This document shows positions 35,345-48,636 of a DNA stretch of 64,000 nt, in pieces. Below the pieces are notes generated by a model that saw only the letters and a program-made list of their open reading frames with translations, was not told the origin of the DNA and made no database searches. Position 1 is the stretch's first letter, and each line of letters starts with the position of its first letter. The position numbers were made by a program, and so were the translations under genes. The stretch is from Squalus acanthias (Eukaryota): positions 1,922,001-1,986,000 of the forward strand of contig CM059432.1 of assembly GCA_030390025.1 (NCBI GenBank), in the 5' to 3' direction.

Positions 35345-35982
35345 TGTTGGCCTTTATTACAAAGGGAATGGAGTATAAAAGTAGGGAAGTCCTGTTACAA
35401 CTGTACAGGGTATTGGTGAGACCACACCTTGAGTACTGCATACAGTTTTGGTCTCCTTATTTAAGGAAGGATATATTTGCATTGGAGGCAGTTCAGAGAC
35501 GATTCACTAGGTTAATTCCTGAGATGAGGGGTTGACTTATGAGGAAAGGTTGAGCAGGTTGGGCCTATACTCATTGGAATTTAGAAGAATGAGAGGTGAT
35601 CTTATTGAAACATATAAGATACTGAGGGGGCTCGACAAGGTAGATGCAGAGAGGATGTTTCCCCTCGTGGGGAAATCTAGAATGCGGGGGCACCGTTTTA
35701 GAATAAAGGGTCGCCCTTTTAGAACTGAGATGAGGAGGAATTTCTTCTCTCAAAGGGTCGTAAATCTGTGGAATTCTCTGCCCCAGAGAGCTGTGGAGGC
35801 TGGGTCATTAAATACATTTAAGGTGGAGATAGACAGATTTTTGCAAGATAAGGGAGTGAAGGGTTATGGGGAGCGGGCAGGGAAGTGGCTTTGAGCCCCA
35901 GATCAGCCATGATCTTATTGAATGGCGGAGCAGGCTCGAGGGGCCAAGAGGCCTATTCCTGCTCCTATTTCTTATGTTCTTA
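35345..35982 (+). mobile_element. CR1 LINE 3' fragment
   Basis: ORFs 35344-35535 and 35532-35894. Confidence 0.9.
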
Positions 35983-36156
35983 TAGCCAACTTGCCGATTC
36001 GTCTGGTCCAGTTAAGCTTCGAGTCAATGCTCATCTCCCCCAGATTTTGATGCTGGAGTATTTTGCGACGACTTGTTCTATTTCCAGATGGTCATTAGCG
36101 ATCGCTTAAGTGCCACGAATGTACCTTCCCACGTGTCAGCCCAAGTCTGCTCCTTA

Positions 36157-36548
36157 GAGCAGAGAAGGTTAAAGCGGAGATTTAATAGAGGTGTTCAAAA
36201 TCATGAAAGGTTTTGATAGAGAGAAGCTGTTTCCATTGGCAGGAGGGTCGAGAACCAAAGGACACAGATTTAAGGTAATTGGCAAAAGAACCAGAGGGGG
36301 AGATGAGGAGAATTTTTTAACGCAGCGAGTTGTTGTGATCTGGAACGCGCTGCCTGAAAGGGCGGTGGAAGCAGATTCAATAGTAACTTTCAAAAGGGAA
36401 TCGGATAAATACTTGCAGTGGAAAAATTTGCAGGGCTGTGGGGAAAGAGCAGGGGGAGTGGGACTAATTGGAGAGCTCGTTCAAAGAGCCGACACAGGCA
36501 CGATGGGGCGAATGGCCTCCTTCTGTGCTGTATCATTCTAGGATTCTA
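36157..36548 (+). mobile_element. CR1 LINE 3' fragment
   Basis: ORF 36191-36541. Confidence 0.88.
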
Positions 36549-36959
36549 AACTTGGACATTGCCCGGGCCCTGCAGGACGCTGGCATGAGCTGTTTCATTA
36601 TTTCAGCAGCTGTGAATGAAAGGCAAAATCATCAGCAAGCATTCCCCACTCTGTCATTGATGAAGCAGCTGAAGATGGTTGGACCAAGGACGCTTCCCTG
36701 AGGAGCACCAGCAGCGATGTCCTGGGGCTGCGATTACTGGCGTCCGACCATTCTTATTCAGCCAGCCCTGACCTACTTCACTCCATATTTCAATGGTCTC
36801 AGCTGCACAGGGACGAGGGAAGCTGGAACTGGCCTCATTCAAGTGGTGAGACGTCAATGTTAGTGCAACTAGGGGGTTCCGTGGTAGTGGGGCAACTGTG
36901 CCTGCCTATAAAACTACACTCAGTGTAGACACTGGATACAGTAGACAGGTTGATATTTG

Positions 36960-38882
36960 TACATAGAATTACATCGAATCTACAGCACAGAAACAGGCCA
37001 TTCGGCCCAACTGGTCCGTGCCGGTGTTTATGCCCCACACGAGCCTCCTCCCACCCCTCTTCATCTCACCCCATCACCATATCCTTCTATTCATTTCTCC
37101 CTCATGTACTTATCTAGCTTCCCCTTAAATGCATCTGTGCTATTCACCTCAACCACTCCCTGTGGTAGCGAGTTCCACATTCTCACCACTCTCTGGGTAA
37201 AGTTATTTCCTTGTTGGATTTATTAGAATCATAGAAACATAGAAAAATAGGAGCAGGAGTCGGCCATTCAGCCCTTCGAGCCTGCTCCGCCATTCAGTAT
37301 GATCATGGCTGATCCTCTATCTCAATACCATATTCCTGCTCTCTCCCCATACCACTGGATGCCTTTTGTGTCTAGAAATCTATCTATCCCCTTCTTAAAT
37401 ATATTCAGTGACTTAGCCTCCACAGCCTTCTGTGGTAGAGAATTCCACAGGTTCACCATCCTCTGAGTGAAGAAATTTCTCCTCATCTCAGTCCTAAATG
37501 TCCTACCCCATATCCTGAGACTGTGACCCCTCGTTCTAGACCCCCCCAGCCCGGGGAAGCATCCTCCTTACATCCAGTCTGTCTAGCTCTGTCAGAATTT
37601 TATACGTTTCAATGAGATCCCCTCTCATTCTTCTAAACTCTAGTGAATACAGGCCTAGTCGACCCAATCTCTCCTCATACGACAGTCCTGCCATCCCAGG
37701 AATCAGTCTGGTGAACCTTCGCTGCACTCCCTCTATGGCAAGTATATCCTTTCTTAGGTAAGGAGACCAAAACTGGACACAGTACTCCAGGTGTGGTCTC
37801 ACCAAGGTCCTATACAACTGTAGTAAGACATCCTTGCTCCTGTACTCAAATCCTCTTGCAATGAAGGCCAACATACCATTTGCCTTCCTAACTGCTTGCT
37901 GCACCTGTATGTTTGCTTTCAGTGACTGGTATACAAGGACACCCAGGTCCCTTTGTACATCAACATTTCCCAATCTATCACCATTTAATTAATATTCTGC
38001 CTTTCTGTTTTTCCTACCGAAGTGGATAGCTTCACATTTATCCACGTTATACTGCATCTGCTATGTATTTGCCCACTCACTCAACTTGTCTAAATCGCCT
38101 TGAAGCCTCTTTGCATCCTCCTCACAACTCACAATCCCACCTAGTTTCGTGTTGTCAGCAAACTTGGAAATATTACATTTGGTTCCCTCATCCAAATCAT
38201 TGATATATACAGTATTGTGAATCGCTGGGGCCCAAGCACTGATCCCTGCGGTACCCCACTAGTCACCGCCTGCCACCCCGAAAAAGATCAATTTATTCCT
38301 ACTCTCTGTTTCCTGTCTGTTAACCAATTTTCAATCCATGCCCCCAATTACCCCCAATCCCATGTGCTTTAATTTTGCACACTAACCTCTTATGTGGGAC
38401 TTTATCAAAGACCGTCTGAAAATCCAAATACACCACATCCACTGGTTCTCCCTTATCTATTCTACCAGTTACATCCTCAAAAAACTCCAGTAGGTTTGTC
38501 AAACATGATTTCCCTTTCATAAACCCATGTTGACTTTGTTTAATCCAGTTGATATTTTCTAAGTGTCCTGTTATCACATCCTTTATTTTCCCTACTACTG
38601 ATGTTAGGACAAACCGGTCTGTAGTTCCCTGTTTTCTCTCTCCCTCCTTTTTTAAATAGTGGGGTTACATTTGCCATCCTCCAATCTGTAGGAACTGTTC
38701 CATAATCTATAGAATTTTGGAAGATGACAACCAATGCATCCACTATTTCCATGGCTACCTCTTTTAGTACTCTGGGATGCAGATTATCAGACCCTGGGGA
38801 TTTATCGGCTTTCAGTCCCATTAATTTCTCCAGCACTATTTTTTTACTAATACAAATTTCCTTTAATTCCTCCTTCTCCCTA
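36960..38882 (-). mobile_element. Short CR1 tail (36960-37225) plus long CR1 RT remnant (37226-38882)
   Basis: ORFs 37536-37973, 38320-38577 and 38540-38836 (-) carry CR1 RT motifs. Confidence 0.92.
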
Positions 38883-39150
38883 TGGGCGATTTTACCCCTA
38901 CTGGCTCAGCAGAAACCTGGCGGGCGGGCAGTTAAAATCGCCCCGGGCTCTCACCTGTCCGAAAGCCGCCACAATCGAGACATCTGCGATTTTAACCCGC
39001 TCTCCTGAGCAGGCGGCGAGGACGCCCGCCCGGAGCCAACGGGGTCCTTCTTTACACAGGTGTGTTGCGGCCCCATGACATCATTGAGGCCCGACTGTGA
39101 TTTTAACTCGGGCCTGAGCGGGGGAATCCACCCGGAGTTAAAATCGGGGT
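38883..39150. mobile_element. Truncated GC-rich element with repeated inverted CGATTTTAAC motifs; related fragment at ~42345-42520 in opposite orientation
   Basis: gggcgattttacc / gttaaaatcgccc and further copies; ccgctctcctgagcagg...ggacgcccgccc has its reverse complement near 42480-42510. Confidence 0.6.
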
Positions 39151-39867
39151 CTTTTTACAGCACAGAAACAGGCCATTCGGCCCAACTGCTCTGTGCCGGT
39201 GTTTCTGCTCCACACGAGCCTCCTCCCACCCCTCTTCATCTCACCCCATCACCATATCCTTCTATTCCTTTCTCCCTCATGTGTTTATCTAACTTCCCCT
39301 TAAATGTATCTGTGCTATTCACCTCAACCATTCCCTGTGGTAGAACTGTTCCACATTCTCACCACTCTCTGGGTAAAGAAGTTCCTCCTGAATTTGCGAT
39401 GGGCTAAATGGCTTTTTTTTCCTGAATTCTTGCGTCCGGCGCTCCTGCAGTTCCCGATTGTCTTTTTAACTCCAACAATTGGGCAATGCCCGTCGAGTAA
39501 TGCGTTTAAAGAAACACAGGTGCTAAACCGAGGGCGCAGCAAGTCACAAGCCAGGACTGAAGATCTCATTATTCTAATCCTCCAGAAACGTGTACCGACC
39601 CCAGCACGCGGATGAATATAAGGCAACGCGGAGAAAGCGTTACTGTTACGTGTTAAATTAAATGTAATGCATTATTAATGGCTTCCAATTACCAAAAATA
39701 AACAGATCATGTTATTTCAGTACCCTGCCACCGACTCCCTAAACAAATTACCTCGTTAGTTTCTGCACACATCTTTTTTTAAAAATTGATCGCTGACGGG
39801 GGCAGAGATAACTCGAACCCGGATGGCTGTTACTCTATATAATAACCGTGAGCTCAGGTACTAAAGT

Positions 39868-40310
39868 GTCAGCCGTGGCTCAGTGGGCAGCACCCTCAGT
39901 CTCTGAGTCAGAAGGTTGTGGGTTCCTAGTCCCACTCCAGAGACTTGAGCTCAAAAATCTAGGCTGACCCTCCAGTGCAGTGACTGAGGGAATGCCGCAC
40001 TGTCGGAGGTGCCGTCTTTCGGATGAGATGTTAAATCGAGGACTCGGGTGAATGTAAACAATCCCACGGCTACTATTTCGAAGAAGAGCAGGGGGGGAGT
40101 TCTCCCCGGTGTCCTGGCCAATATTTATCCCTCAATCAACATCACTTAAAAAACCCCAGATTATCTGGTTATTATCACAGTGCTGGTTGTGGGAGCTTGC
40201 TTTGGCTGCCACATTTTAACAGTGACTACATTTCAAAAAGTACTTCGTTGACTGTGATATGCTCTGGGACATCCTACAGTTGTGAAAAACGTGATATAAA
40301 TGTCTTTCCT
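39868..40310 (+). mobile_element. Near full-length Deu-SINE (diverged)
   Basis: gtcagccgtggctcagtgggcagc head; Deu core. Confidence 0.88.
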
Positions 40311-40487
40311 TTTTCCTGGCCCTGCAAGAGAAGTCCTGACCGCCCCCCCCCCCCACCGATCATAGGAAGAGGAGGAGGCCATTCAGCCCCTCGAGCCTGT
40401 TCCACCATCCAATGAGATCATGGCTGCAAAACATAGCATCGACAGCAGTTGCAGGTTCTACTCATTCGACACATCATAACAGAGATA

Positions 40488-41346
40488 GGGGGAAAAATTC
40501 AGTTGGTTGCGCCTCCCGTTAGTGCTTTAAGAGGGCGCTAATGGGGCGCAAAGCAACTAGCGCCCGGGCGTGGCGATGTTTGCTCCGCTCGTGAAATTAA
40601 CTAGACATTTTGCGGCGGTGCTAAACACTACCGCCACGATCTCCTGCGCCGGCAGATTGTGACGTCAGTCGAGTGCGCAACGCCCGGGTAGCGCCCCAGA
40701 GCGGATATTGAGTGGCGCCCCCTGCCTTACCGCCTGCCGCTAGCAACGACAGGTTGAGGGGAGCGTTTTGCAGTCAGGAAGGGACTGGGGGAGCGCTATT
40801 TAAAGGCGAGAGCTTCCTGCCTTTTTTTGTTGGTGACATTTTTGAACCACGCATTGTGAGAGAGAGAGAGAGACTTCTGGAGAGATTCAACGCTGTGTGA
40901 AGGAGTTTTGGGTACTGAGCAGCACTTTGCAGGTTCATTTTGATTTGCCCTTCCTTGTATCGATTTAGAAGAGACTGTGGGGGTTGCACTCTGAGCTCTT
41001 TCCCTGGTTCTCTCCATTATTCTTTCCAGCAGATTTGATGTACAGGTCTCTCCAAGCCGAGATTCAAAGCTGCAATGAGCAGGATGTGGATGGAAAGCAA
41101 GATCAACCCTCCCCTTTAAGAACTGGCCGGCGCCATTGTGTGTGTGTTCCATTGCTGACTGACATCACATGAGCTTCGCCAGCGCTCTGAGGTAGCGCCT
41201 CGCTCCTCGGCCTTTGCGCCTTAAGACAGATGTGTAGCGCCTGATTTAGCGCTCCAATCACCTCCAGGGGCGATAAAAGTCAAGTTTTATCTTTGCGCCC
41301 GGCCGACAATTGCACCCCAAATGGGGCGATACTGAATTTCTCCCCC
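40488..41346. mobile_element. Non-autonomous TIR element (Harbinger-like), 859 bp, CpG-rich
   Basis: TIR gggggaaaaattcagt / actgaatttctccccc; TSD ata; many agcgcc/ggcgct subterminal motifs. Confidence 0.8.
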
Positions 41347-41419
41347 ATAGAGTCATCAACTGGCTCCTGAGTATCTGGTGAGTTATAATATAATGATTTC
41401 ATTCACTCCATGTAAATTA

Positions 41420-42335
41420 CATAGGAACACAGGAACAGGAGGAGGCCATTCAGCCCCTCGAGCCTGCTCCGCCATTCAATGAGATCGTGGCTGATCTGTG
41501 ACCTAACTCCATATACCTGCCTTTGGCCCATATCCCTTAATAACTTTGGTTAACAGAAAGCTATCAATCTCCGATTTAAAATTAACAATTGATCTAGCAT
41601 CAATTGCCGTTTCCGGAAGAGAGTTCCAAATTTCCACCACCCTTTGTGTGTCGAAGTGTTTCCTAATTTCACTCCTGAAAGGTCTGGCTCTAATTTTTAG
41701 ACGATGCCCCCTAGTCCTAGATTCATCAACCAGCGGAAATAGTTTCTCTCTATCTACCCTATCTGTTCCCCTTAATATCTTGAAAACTTGGATCAGATCA
41801 CCCCTTAACCTTCTAAATTCCAGGGAATACAACCCTAGTTTGTGTAATTTCTCATCGTAATTTAACCCTTGAAGTCTGGGTATCATTCTGGTAAATCTAC
41901 GCTGCCCTCCCTCCAAGGCCAATATATCCTTCCTAAGGTGTGGTGCCCAGAACTGCTCACAGTGCTCCAGGTGTGGTCTAACCAGGGTTTTGTATAGCTG
42001 CAACATAACTTCTACCCCCTTCTATTTTAGTCCTGTAGATCTAAAGGCCAGCATTCCATTAGCCTTTTTGATTATTTTCTGTACCTGTTCATGACGTTTT
42101 AATGATCTATGTCCCTGGACCCCCCAAGTTTCTTTGGACCTCCACTGTTTTTAGCTTTCACCATTTAGAAAGTACCCTGTTCTATCATTTTTAGATCCAA
42201 AGTGGATGACCTCAATTTTGCTTACATTGAAATCCATTTGCCACAGTTTTGCCCATTCGCTTAATCTGTCAATATCCTTTTGTGATTTTATGCTTCCATC
42301 TACACTGCCTACAATGCCGCCTATCTTTGTGTCAA
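41420..42335 (-). mobile_element. CR1 LINE 3' fragment
   Basis: ORF 41503-42006(-) LYKTLVRPHLEHCEQFWAP. Confidence 0.92.
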
Positions 42336-42744
42336 TCCTCTTCGCCCTCTGGGTTTAGCCCTGGTGGGGAAACCCACTGCCACTTCCCGCTCAGGCCGCC
42401 CAGTAAGAATCGGAGTTGGTTGGCGACATCATCGGGGCCCAACGCGCACATGTTGAAGAAGGACCCCGCCGTCTTTGGGCGGGCGTCCTCACTGCCTGCT
42501 CAGGAGAGCGGATGGAAGATAATGATCAGATCGTCCGGTTCTTTTTTTAGTGATGTTGGTCGAGGGATAAATATTGGGCAGGACAGAGGAGGAGCAGACA
42601 CTCCACGGCTTCCCAGGGTGGTCAGTCAGTCAGTGGCATTTCAACGGGGCTCGGGATTAGAATTAAAAACAAACGGGGACCTCATTTCTGGAGCAGAAGT
42701 TCAGTTTCCAACTTGCTCCATAGCTCGCTCACTGAACACTGGGA

Positions 42745-43470
42745 TTATAGGAGCAGGAGGAGGCCCTTTGGCCCCTCGAGCCTGTTCCGTCATTCAATCA
42801 GATCATGGCTGCACTGTATCTTAACTCCATCCACCCGCCTTGGTTCCATATCCCTTATAACAACAACAACTTGTATTTATATAGCACCTTTAACGTAGTA
42901 AAATGTCCCAGGGCGCTTCACAGGAGCGATTATCAAACAAGATTTGACACCGCATGAGGAGATATTAGGACAGATGAACAAAAGCCTGGCCAAAGAGGGA
43001 GGTTTTAAGGAGCGTCTTAAAGGAGGAGAGAGAGGTAGAGAGGTTTAGGGAGGGAATTCCAGAGCTTGGGGCCCCGGCAGCTGAAGGCACGGCCACCAAT
43101 GTTGGAGCGATGAAAATCGGGGATGCTCAAGAGGCCAGAATTGGAGGAGCGCAGAGATCTCGGAGGGTTGTAGGGCTGGAGGAGGTTGCAGAGTTAGATT
43201 AATTCCCTTGCCTAACAAAAAATCCATCGATCTCAGTTTTGAAATTTTCAATTGACCCCCCCAGCATCAGCATCAACAGCTTTTTGGGGGAGAGAGTTCC
43301 AGATTTCTGCCACCCTTTGTGTGAAGAAGTGCTTCCTGACATCACCCCTGGCTCTAATTTTGAGGTTATGCCCCCTTGTTATGGGCTCCCCCCCCCCCCC
43401 CCACCAGAGGAAATAGTTTCTCTCTATCGACCCGGTCAACTCCTTTAATCATCTTGATCACCTCGATTAG
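42745..43470 (-). mobile_element. CR1 3' fragment split by an L2 3' fragment (42860-43190)
   Basis: CR1 tail to ccatatccctt, L2 (aca)n tail and body, CR1 resumes aattcccttgcctaac. Confidence 0.82.
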
Positions 43471-44344
43471 ATCGCATGTCAATCTTCCAAAGCTGATGTT
43501 TCGACCTCCACCCGGGGTTTGTACTGGATCGCGATCTGCCTGGGGGAATTTTCCCCTCCTTAGTCCACTGTTCTCTTGTCTCGCTGCCCCTGCCGAGAGC
43601 AGCTAAGGAAGCGAAAGCTAAGGGACTGAAAACCAGACCTTCCTGCTCTGGCCCCGGTCGGTCTCCAATCACGGGGTTGAATCGGCGACTCCAGGCACAA
43701 GGGAAGCCGTGGCTGTAAGTTGCGGTTTTTTTTCTTGGCAGTCAAAATATTCTCAGAGCGTTTCCGTGAAGTCTGCTCCAAATAACAAGTATTTGTTTCC
43801 ATTAAAGGCTTTACGCCACTCCCCCCCCGCCCCCCCCCAAACCTTTTATAGGCGACCTCACTCAGTTGGGCACAGAAGGCTCCAGCCCGTGCACAGATGT
43901 GGCCTTGGTTGATGAGTGCAACGCATGAGCAGTTCTGAAAGGGCCAATTATACCTCCTCCACCCTCCCCTTGAAATAAGCTGGCAGAGGCTGGTCTTTTG
44001 CGTGCCAGCATCCTCCGAGACTGATATTTGCACTTGCATCCCCGCTCTCCGGTTACCAGAAACCCTTTTCTACAAAGTCCACTCGCTTCAGCCATCCCTG
44101 CGACAGGCTCGCTTTCAGAGCTTTGCCGCCTTTTCGAACTTCAGCTTCCTAGGCCAGCACTCGGGCGCCCCCTTTTTAAAGGCCCCTCACTCCACTGGCT
44201 GGTCAAACGTGTGGGGTCTGGCCGCACGTTTGTGTTCAGACCCCTGCCAGAATTCAAACTGAGTTGTTCAAATAATATGTCGGTGCTGGACTGTGTTGGT
44301 AAACCCTTAACCAGTCAATCAATAGATTTTACATACATACTTGA

Positions 44345-44870
44345 GGAAAAACTTCTTCACCCAGAGGGTGGTTGGAATCTGGAACTCACTGCCTGAAAGG
44401 GTGGTAGAGGCAGGAACCCTCACAGCATTCAAGAAGCATTTAGATGAGCACTTGAAACGCCATAGCATACAAGGCTACGGACCAAGTGCTGGAAAATGGG
44501 ATTAGAATAGACAGGGCTTGATGGCCGGCGCGGACACGATGGGCCGAAGGGCCTCTTTCTGTGCTGTATAACTCTATGACTCTATGACATACGAACATAC
44601 GAATTAGGAGCAGGAGTCGGCCACTCGGCCCTTCGAGCCTGCTCTGCCATTCAATCAGATCATGGCCGATCTGATTACTCCACATTCCCGCCTACCCCCG
44701 ATAACCTTTCATCCCATTGGTTATCAAGAATCTATCTACCTCTGCCTTAAAAATATTCAAAGACTCTGCTTCCACCGCCCTCTGAGGAAGAGAGTTCCAA
44801 AGACTCGTGACCCTCTGCGAGAAAAAATTCTCCTCATCTCTGACTTAAATGGGCGACCCCTTATTTTAAT
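44345..44870. mobile_element. Tail-to-tail CR1 3' ends (+ 44345-44585; - 44588-44870)
   Basis: Tails (actctatg)n and (aacatacg)n abut. Confidence 0.85.
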
Positions 44871-45369
44871 ACGCTGTTGGTATTTTCTGGGGTTGTTCTA
44901 TAAAGTACATGGAAATTACATTTATGTGTTAAATCATTTCCTGAATATAAAAAAAAACACCTCAGGTTGAAGCCATTAAAGTAAGTAACACAGTCTGGCG
45001 TAGGATTTATGGGAATGAAGATTTTTGAAGTTGGGGTTGAGCAGGCCTGGTTTCCTGACAGAGACCTGCAGGCTCTTGTCTTCACCTTCAAATCATGAGA
45101 CCGAGAAATCAAGCTCCCTCTGTGCTCTCAATTATACCGAAAAACAAGGAGCAGAAGTCTTCAGTAATTCAATCCCAGTGGAAGGTTCTTCATGCTGTTT
45201 TCACCATTGGATCTGCTGACAGCAGCACTCCCACCATCCCCTCCTGGTCGGCTGTCAGACGTTGCTCGTGCAATGTGAGCTGTACTGCACTGCCCTGCAG
45301 CCTACCCTTGGGGTCCGCCTTCAAGCGCACCAATGAGTGCTGGCTTGATACAATGGCCAGAAGGGGCTG

Positions 45370-45564
45370 AGAGAGAAAGAGACTGAGGGAGAGAGAGAGA
45401 CAGGCAGACAGAGAGAGAGAGAGAGAGACAGATAGAAAGAGACAGACAGAGAGAGAGAGACTGAGAGAGAGAGAGAGACAGGCAGACAGAGAGAGAGAGA
45501 GAGAGAGACAGGCAGACAGAGAGAGAGAGACAGATAGAAAGAGACAGACAGAGAGAGAGAGACT

Positions 45565-45598
<34 letters not shown>

Positions 45599-46392
45599 GA
45601 GAGAGAGAGAGACAGGCAGACAGAGAGAGAGACAGATAGAAAGAGACAGACAGACAGAGAGAGAGAGAGTGCGAGAGACAGACAGACAGAGAGAGGCAGG
45701 CAGACAGAGAGAGACAGATAGAAAGAGACAGACAGACAGAGAGAGACTGAGAGAGCGCGAGAGACAGACAAACAGAGAGAGAGAAAGAGATAGAGAGACT
45801 GAGAGAAACTGAGAGACAGACAGACAGAGAGAGACAGACAGACAGAGAGACTGAGTGAGAGAGAGATTGAGAGAGAGAGAGAGAGACGGACAGAGAGACA
45901 GACAGAGATAGAGAGACAGAGAGAAGACAGAGAGAGACAGAGAGAGAAGGAGAGAGAGAAAGAGGGAGACAGAGAGAAGACACACAGAGAGAGGCAGAGA
46001 CAGAGAGAGAGACAGAAAGAGGAAGATAGAGAGACACAGAGACAGAAAAAGAGAGACTAGACAGAGAAAGAGAGACAGAGACAGAGAAAGAGAGAGAGAC
46101 TGAGAGAGACAAAGAGAGGCACAGAGAAAGAGGCACAGAGACAGAGACAGAGAGAGAGACACACAGCGAGTGAGAGAGAGACAGAAACAAAGAGATAGAG
46201 ACAGCGAGAGAGAGAGACATTGAGACAGAGAGCGAGACAGAGAGAGAGCAAGAGACAGAGACACAGGGAAAGACACAGACAGGGAGAGAGAGACAGAGGC
46301 AGAGACAGAGAGAGAGAGACAGAGAGAGACACAGAGAGAGAGAGAGACAGAGACAGAGAGAGACACAGAGAGAGAGAGACAGAGAGAGAGAC

Positions 46393-46423
<31 letters not shown>

Positions 46424-46545
46424 GAGACAGAGAGAGAGAGAGAGACAGAGACAGACAGAGAGACAGAGACACAGGGAAAGACACAGACAGGGAGAGAGAG
46501 AGACAGAGAGAGAGAGACAGACAGAGAGAGGGAGAGAAAGGGGAA
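45370..46545 (+). repeat. Complex (GA)n/(GACA)n/(GAGACA)n polypurine-biased microsatellite
   Basis: Direct inspection. Confidence 0.97.
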
Positions 46546-47229
46546 GAAAACAAAAGTCTCAGTGAGTATTCTGATAATCTGACAGGGCTGCCCGTGCTCA
46601 GACTGAGAGGAGCTGCTGCACTCCTGGGCTGGAGGCTGCGTAATTCAATCCTACAGCTGCACAAACAGGCAGCCGTCTGCACACACACTTGAATTCCTGC
46701 TTTCAAAATATACTGTAGAAAATTCCTGAGAGCTACTTTCCATACGGTTAATGAGCAAATGCTTAATGTCCAACCCTTTCAATTTAATTTGAATTTATGG
46801 GGGACTTGGATTCCAACACATGTGCACAAAAACAGCAACTGCGCAACCCCTCAGATTACACTGGCTCTAATTACACATTTATCATATTCTTTCAGTTTGC
46901 ATCTGACGTGTGATGTTGTACATTACAGTACACTCACAGACTTAATTCTGTAACCACACCACAGTGTTGAGCTAACAAGTAATGCATTGTGTAAGATTGG
47001 GCAATTTTCTCAACTGTACACACAGTAATTATATCACCTCCTAGCCTTAATTAGGATTTCAAATCTTTGTAAGTGTTTCTATGGTTCTTTTCTCAAAAAA
47101 TAAATTCTAGTTGCATGCTGTACTCAGGTAACAGAAGCTGCTGTTTTCTCTGATTATATTGGCCATATATTAAAAAAAAACTTTCGAAAATCATTGCTGG
47201 AGTATATAATTTCCCTTTCAACATATGCC

Positions 47230-47785
47230 AACCTTGTTTTCAAATCCTTCCATGGCCTCGCCTCCTCCCTGTTAACCTCCTACAACCCTCCGAGATCTCG
47301 GCGCTCCTCCAATTCCAGCCTCTCGCGCATCCCCCCGATTTCCATCGCTCCACCATTGGTGGCCGTGCCTTCAGCTGCCTGGGCCCCGAGCTCTGGAATT
47401 CCCTCCCTAAACCTCTCCGCCCCTCCGCCTCTCTCTCCTCCTTTAAGACGTCCCTTAAAACCTCCCTCTTTGACCAAGCTTTTGGTCACCTGGCCTAATA
47501 TCTCCTTATGTGGCTCGGTGTCAAATTCTGTCTGATAATCACTCCTGTGAAGGGCCTTGGGGACCAATGCTCCCGTTTAGCTGCGTGACCACACGGCGGT
47601 CTTCAGGTCCCGCGCAAGCCGTCCACTGGCCTTTGTTTGGGGAAAAACCGCGCATGCGTGAAAATGTGAATGGGCCGCGCAGCCAGTTAAAGGGCCCGCG
47701 CTCCGAAAAAAATATAAGAGGGAACATTGGTCGGGACGTTTTACTGCATTAAAGGCGCTATATAAATGCCAGTTGTTGTTGTTGC
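47230..47785 (+). mobile_element. L2 LINE 3' end with a small MITE in its tail
   Basis: LVFKSFHGLA..; tail aaaggcgctatataaatgccagttgttgttgttg. Confidence 0.85.
47565..47729. mobile_element. 165-bp hAT-like MITE
   Basis: TIR caatgctccc / gggaacattg; degenerate ~8-bp duplication (ttggggac / gtcgggac) of L2 cttgggac. Confidence 0.65.
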
Positions 47786-48084
47786 CGCCAGTCTCACTGA
47801 ATTGCATTTTTCAAGTAAATCTTTCATTGATGCAGCTGCTGAAGATGAGGTGGGTTCCACCCAAATGAGCAGTGGACACGGAACAACATGAAGGTCAGCA
47901 CTGGTTGGAAAGAGAAGGCTGAGGGGTGACCTAATAGAGAGCTTTAAAATTATGAAAGGGTTCGATAGGGTAGACATAGAGAAGACATTTCCACTTGTGG
48001 GCGAGACCAGAACAAGGGGCTATAAGACAGTCACTAATAAATCCAAAAAGGAAGTCAGGAGAAACGTCTTTACCCAGAGAGTGG

Positions 48085-48547
48085 ATGCACGCAGACACAC
48101 ACAGACACGCATGCAAGCACACACACCTGCACACAGACACACGCACGCACAGACACACACGCACACAGACACACGCACGCACAGACACACACGCACACAG
48201 GCACACACACGCACAGACACACACGCACACAGACACACGCACGCACAGACACACACGCACACAGGCACACACACGCAGACACATGCACACACATGCAAGC
48301 ACACAGACAGACGCACGCATGCACGCATAGACACATGCATGCACACACGCAGACACACACGCACACAGACACACACACACACGCACAGACACACACGCAC
48401 AGACACACACACACACACACACGCACAGACACACACACACACACACACACGCACACTCATACACACACACGCACACTCATACACACACACGCACAGACAC
48501 ACACACACACGCACAGACACACACACACACGCACAGACACACACACT

Positions 48548-48579
<32 letters not shown>

Positions 48580-48636
48580 GACACACACACTCACACACAC
48601 ACACACAGACACACACGCAGGCACAGACACACGCAC
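48085..48636 (+). repeat. Complex (CA)n / gcacagacaca microsatellite following a CR1 fragment (47910-48085)
   Basis: Direct inspection. Confidence 0.97.

Noticed and set aside
45190..45367. Possible minus-strand terminal exon after a CT-rich acceptor (PLLAIVSSQHSLVRLKADPKG...)
   Set aside because: The pyrimidine tract is the microsatellite and the peptide is not recognised; cannot be supported without a homology search.
45190..46706. Long Ser/Leu-rich and Arg/Glu-rich ORFs
   Set aside because: GA microsatellite artefacts.
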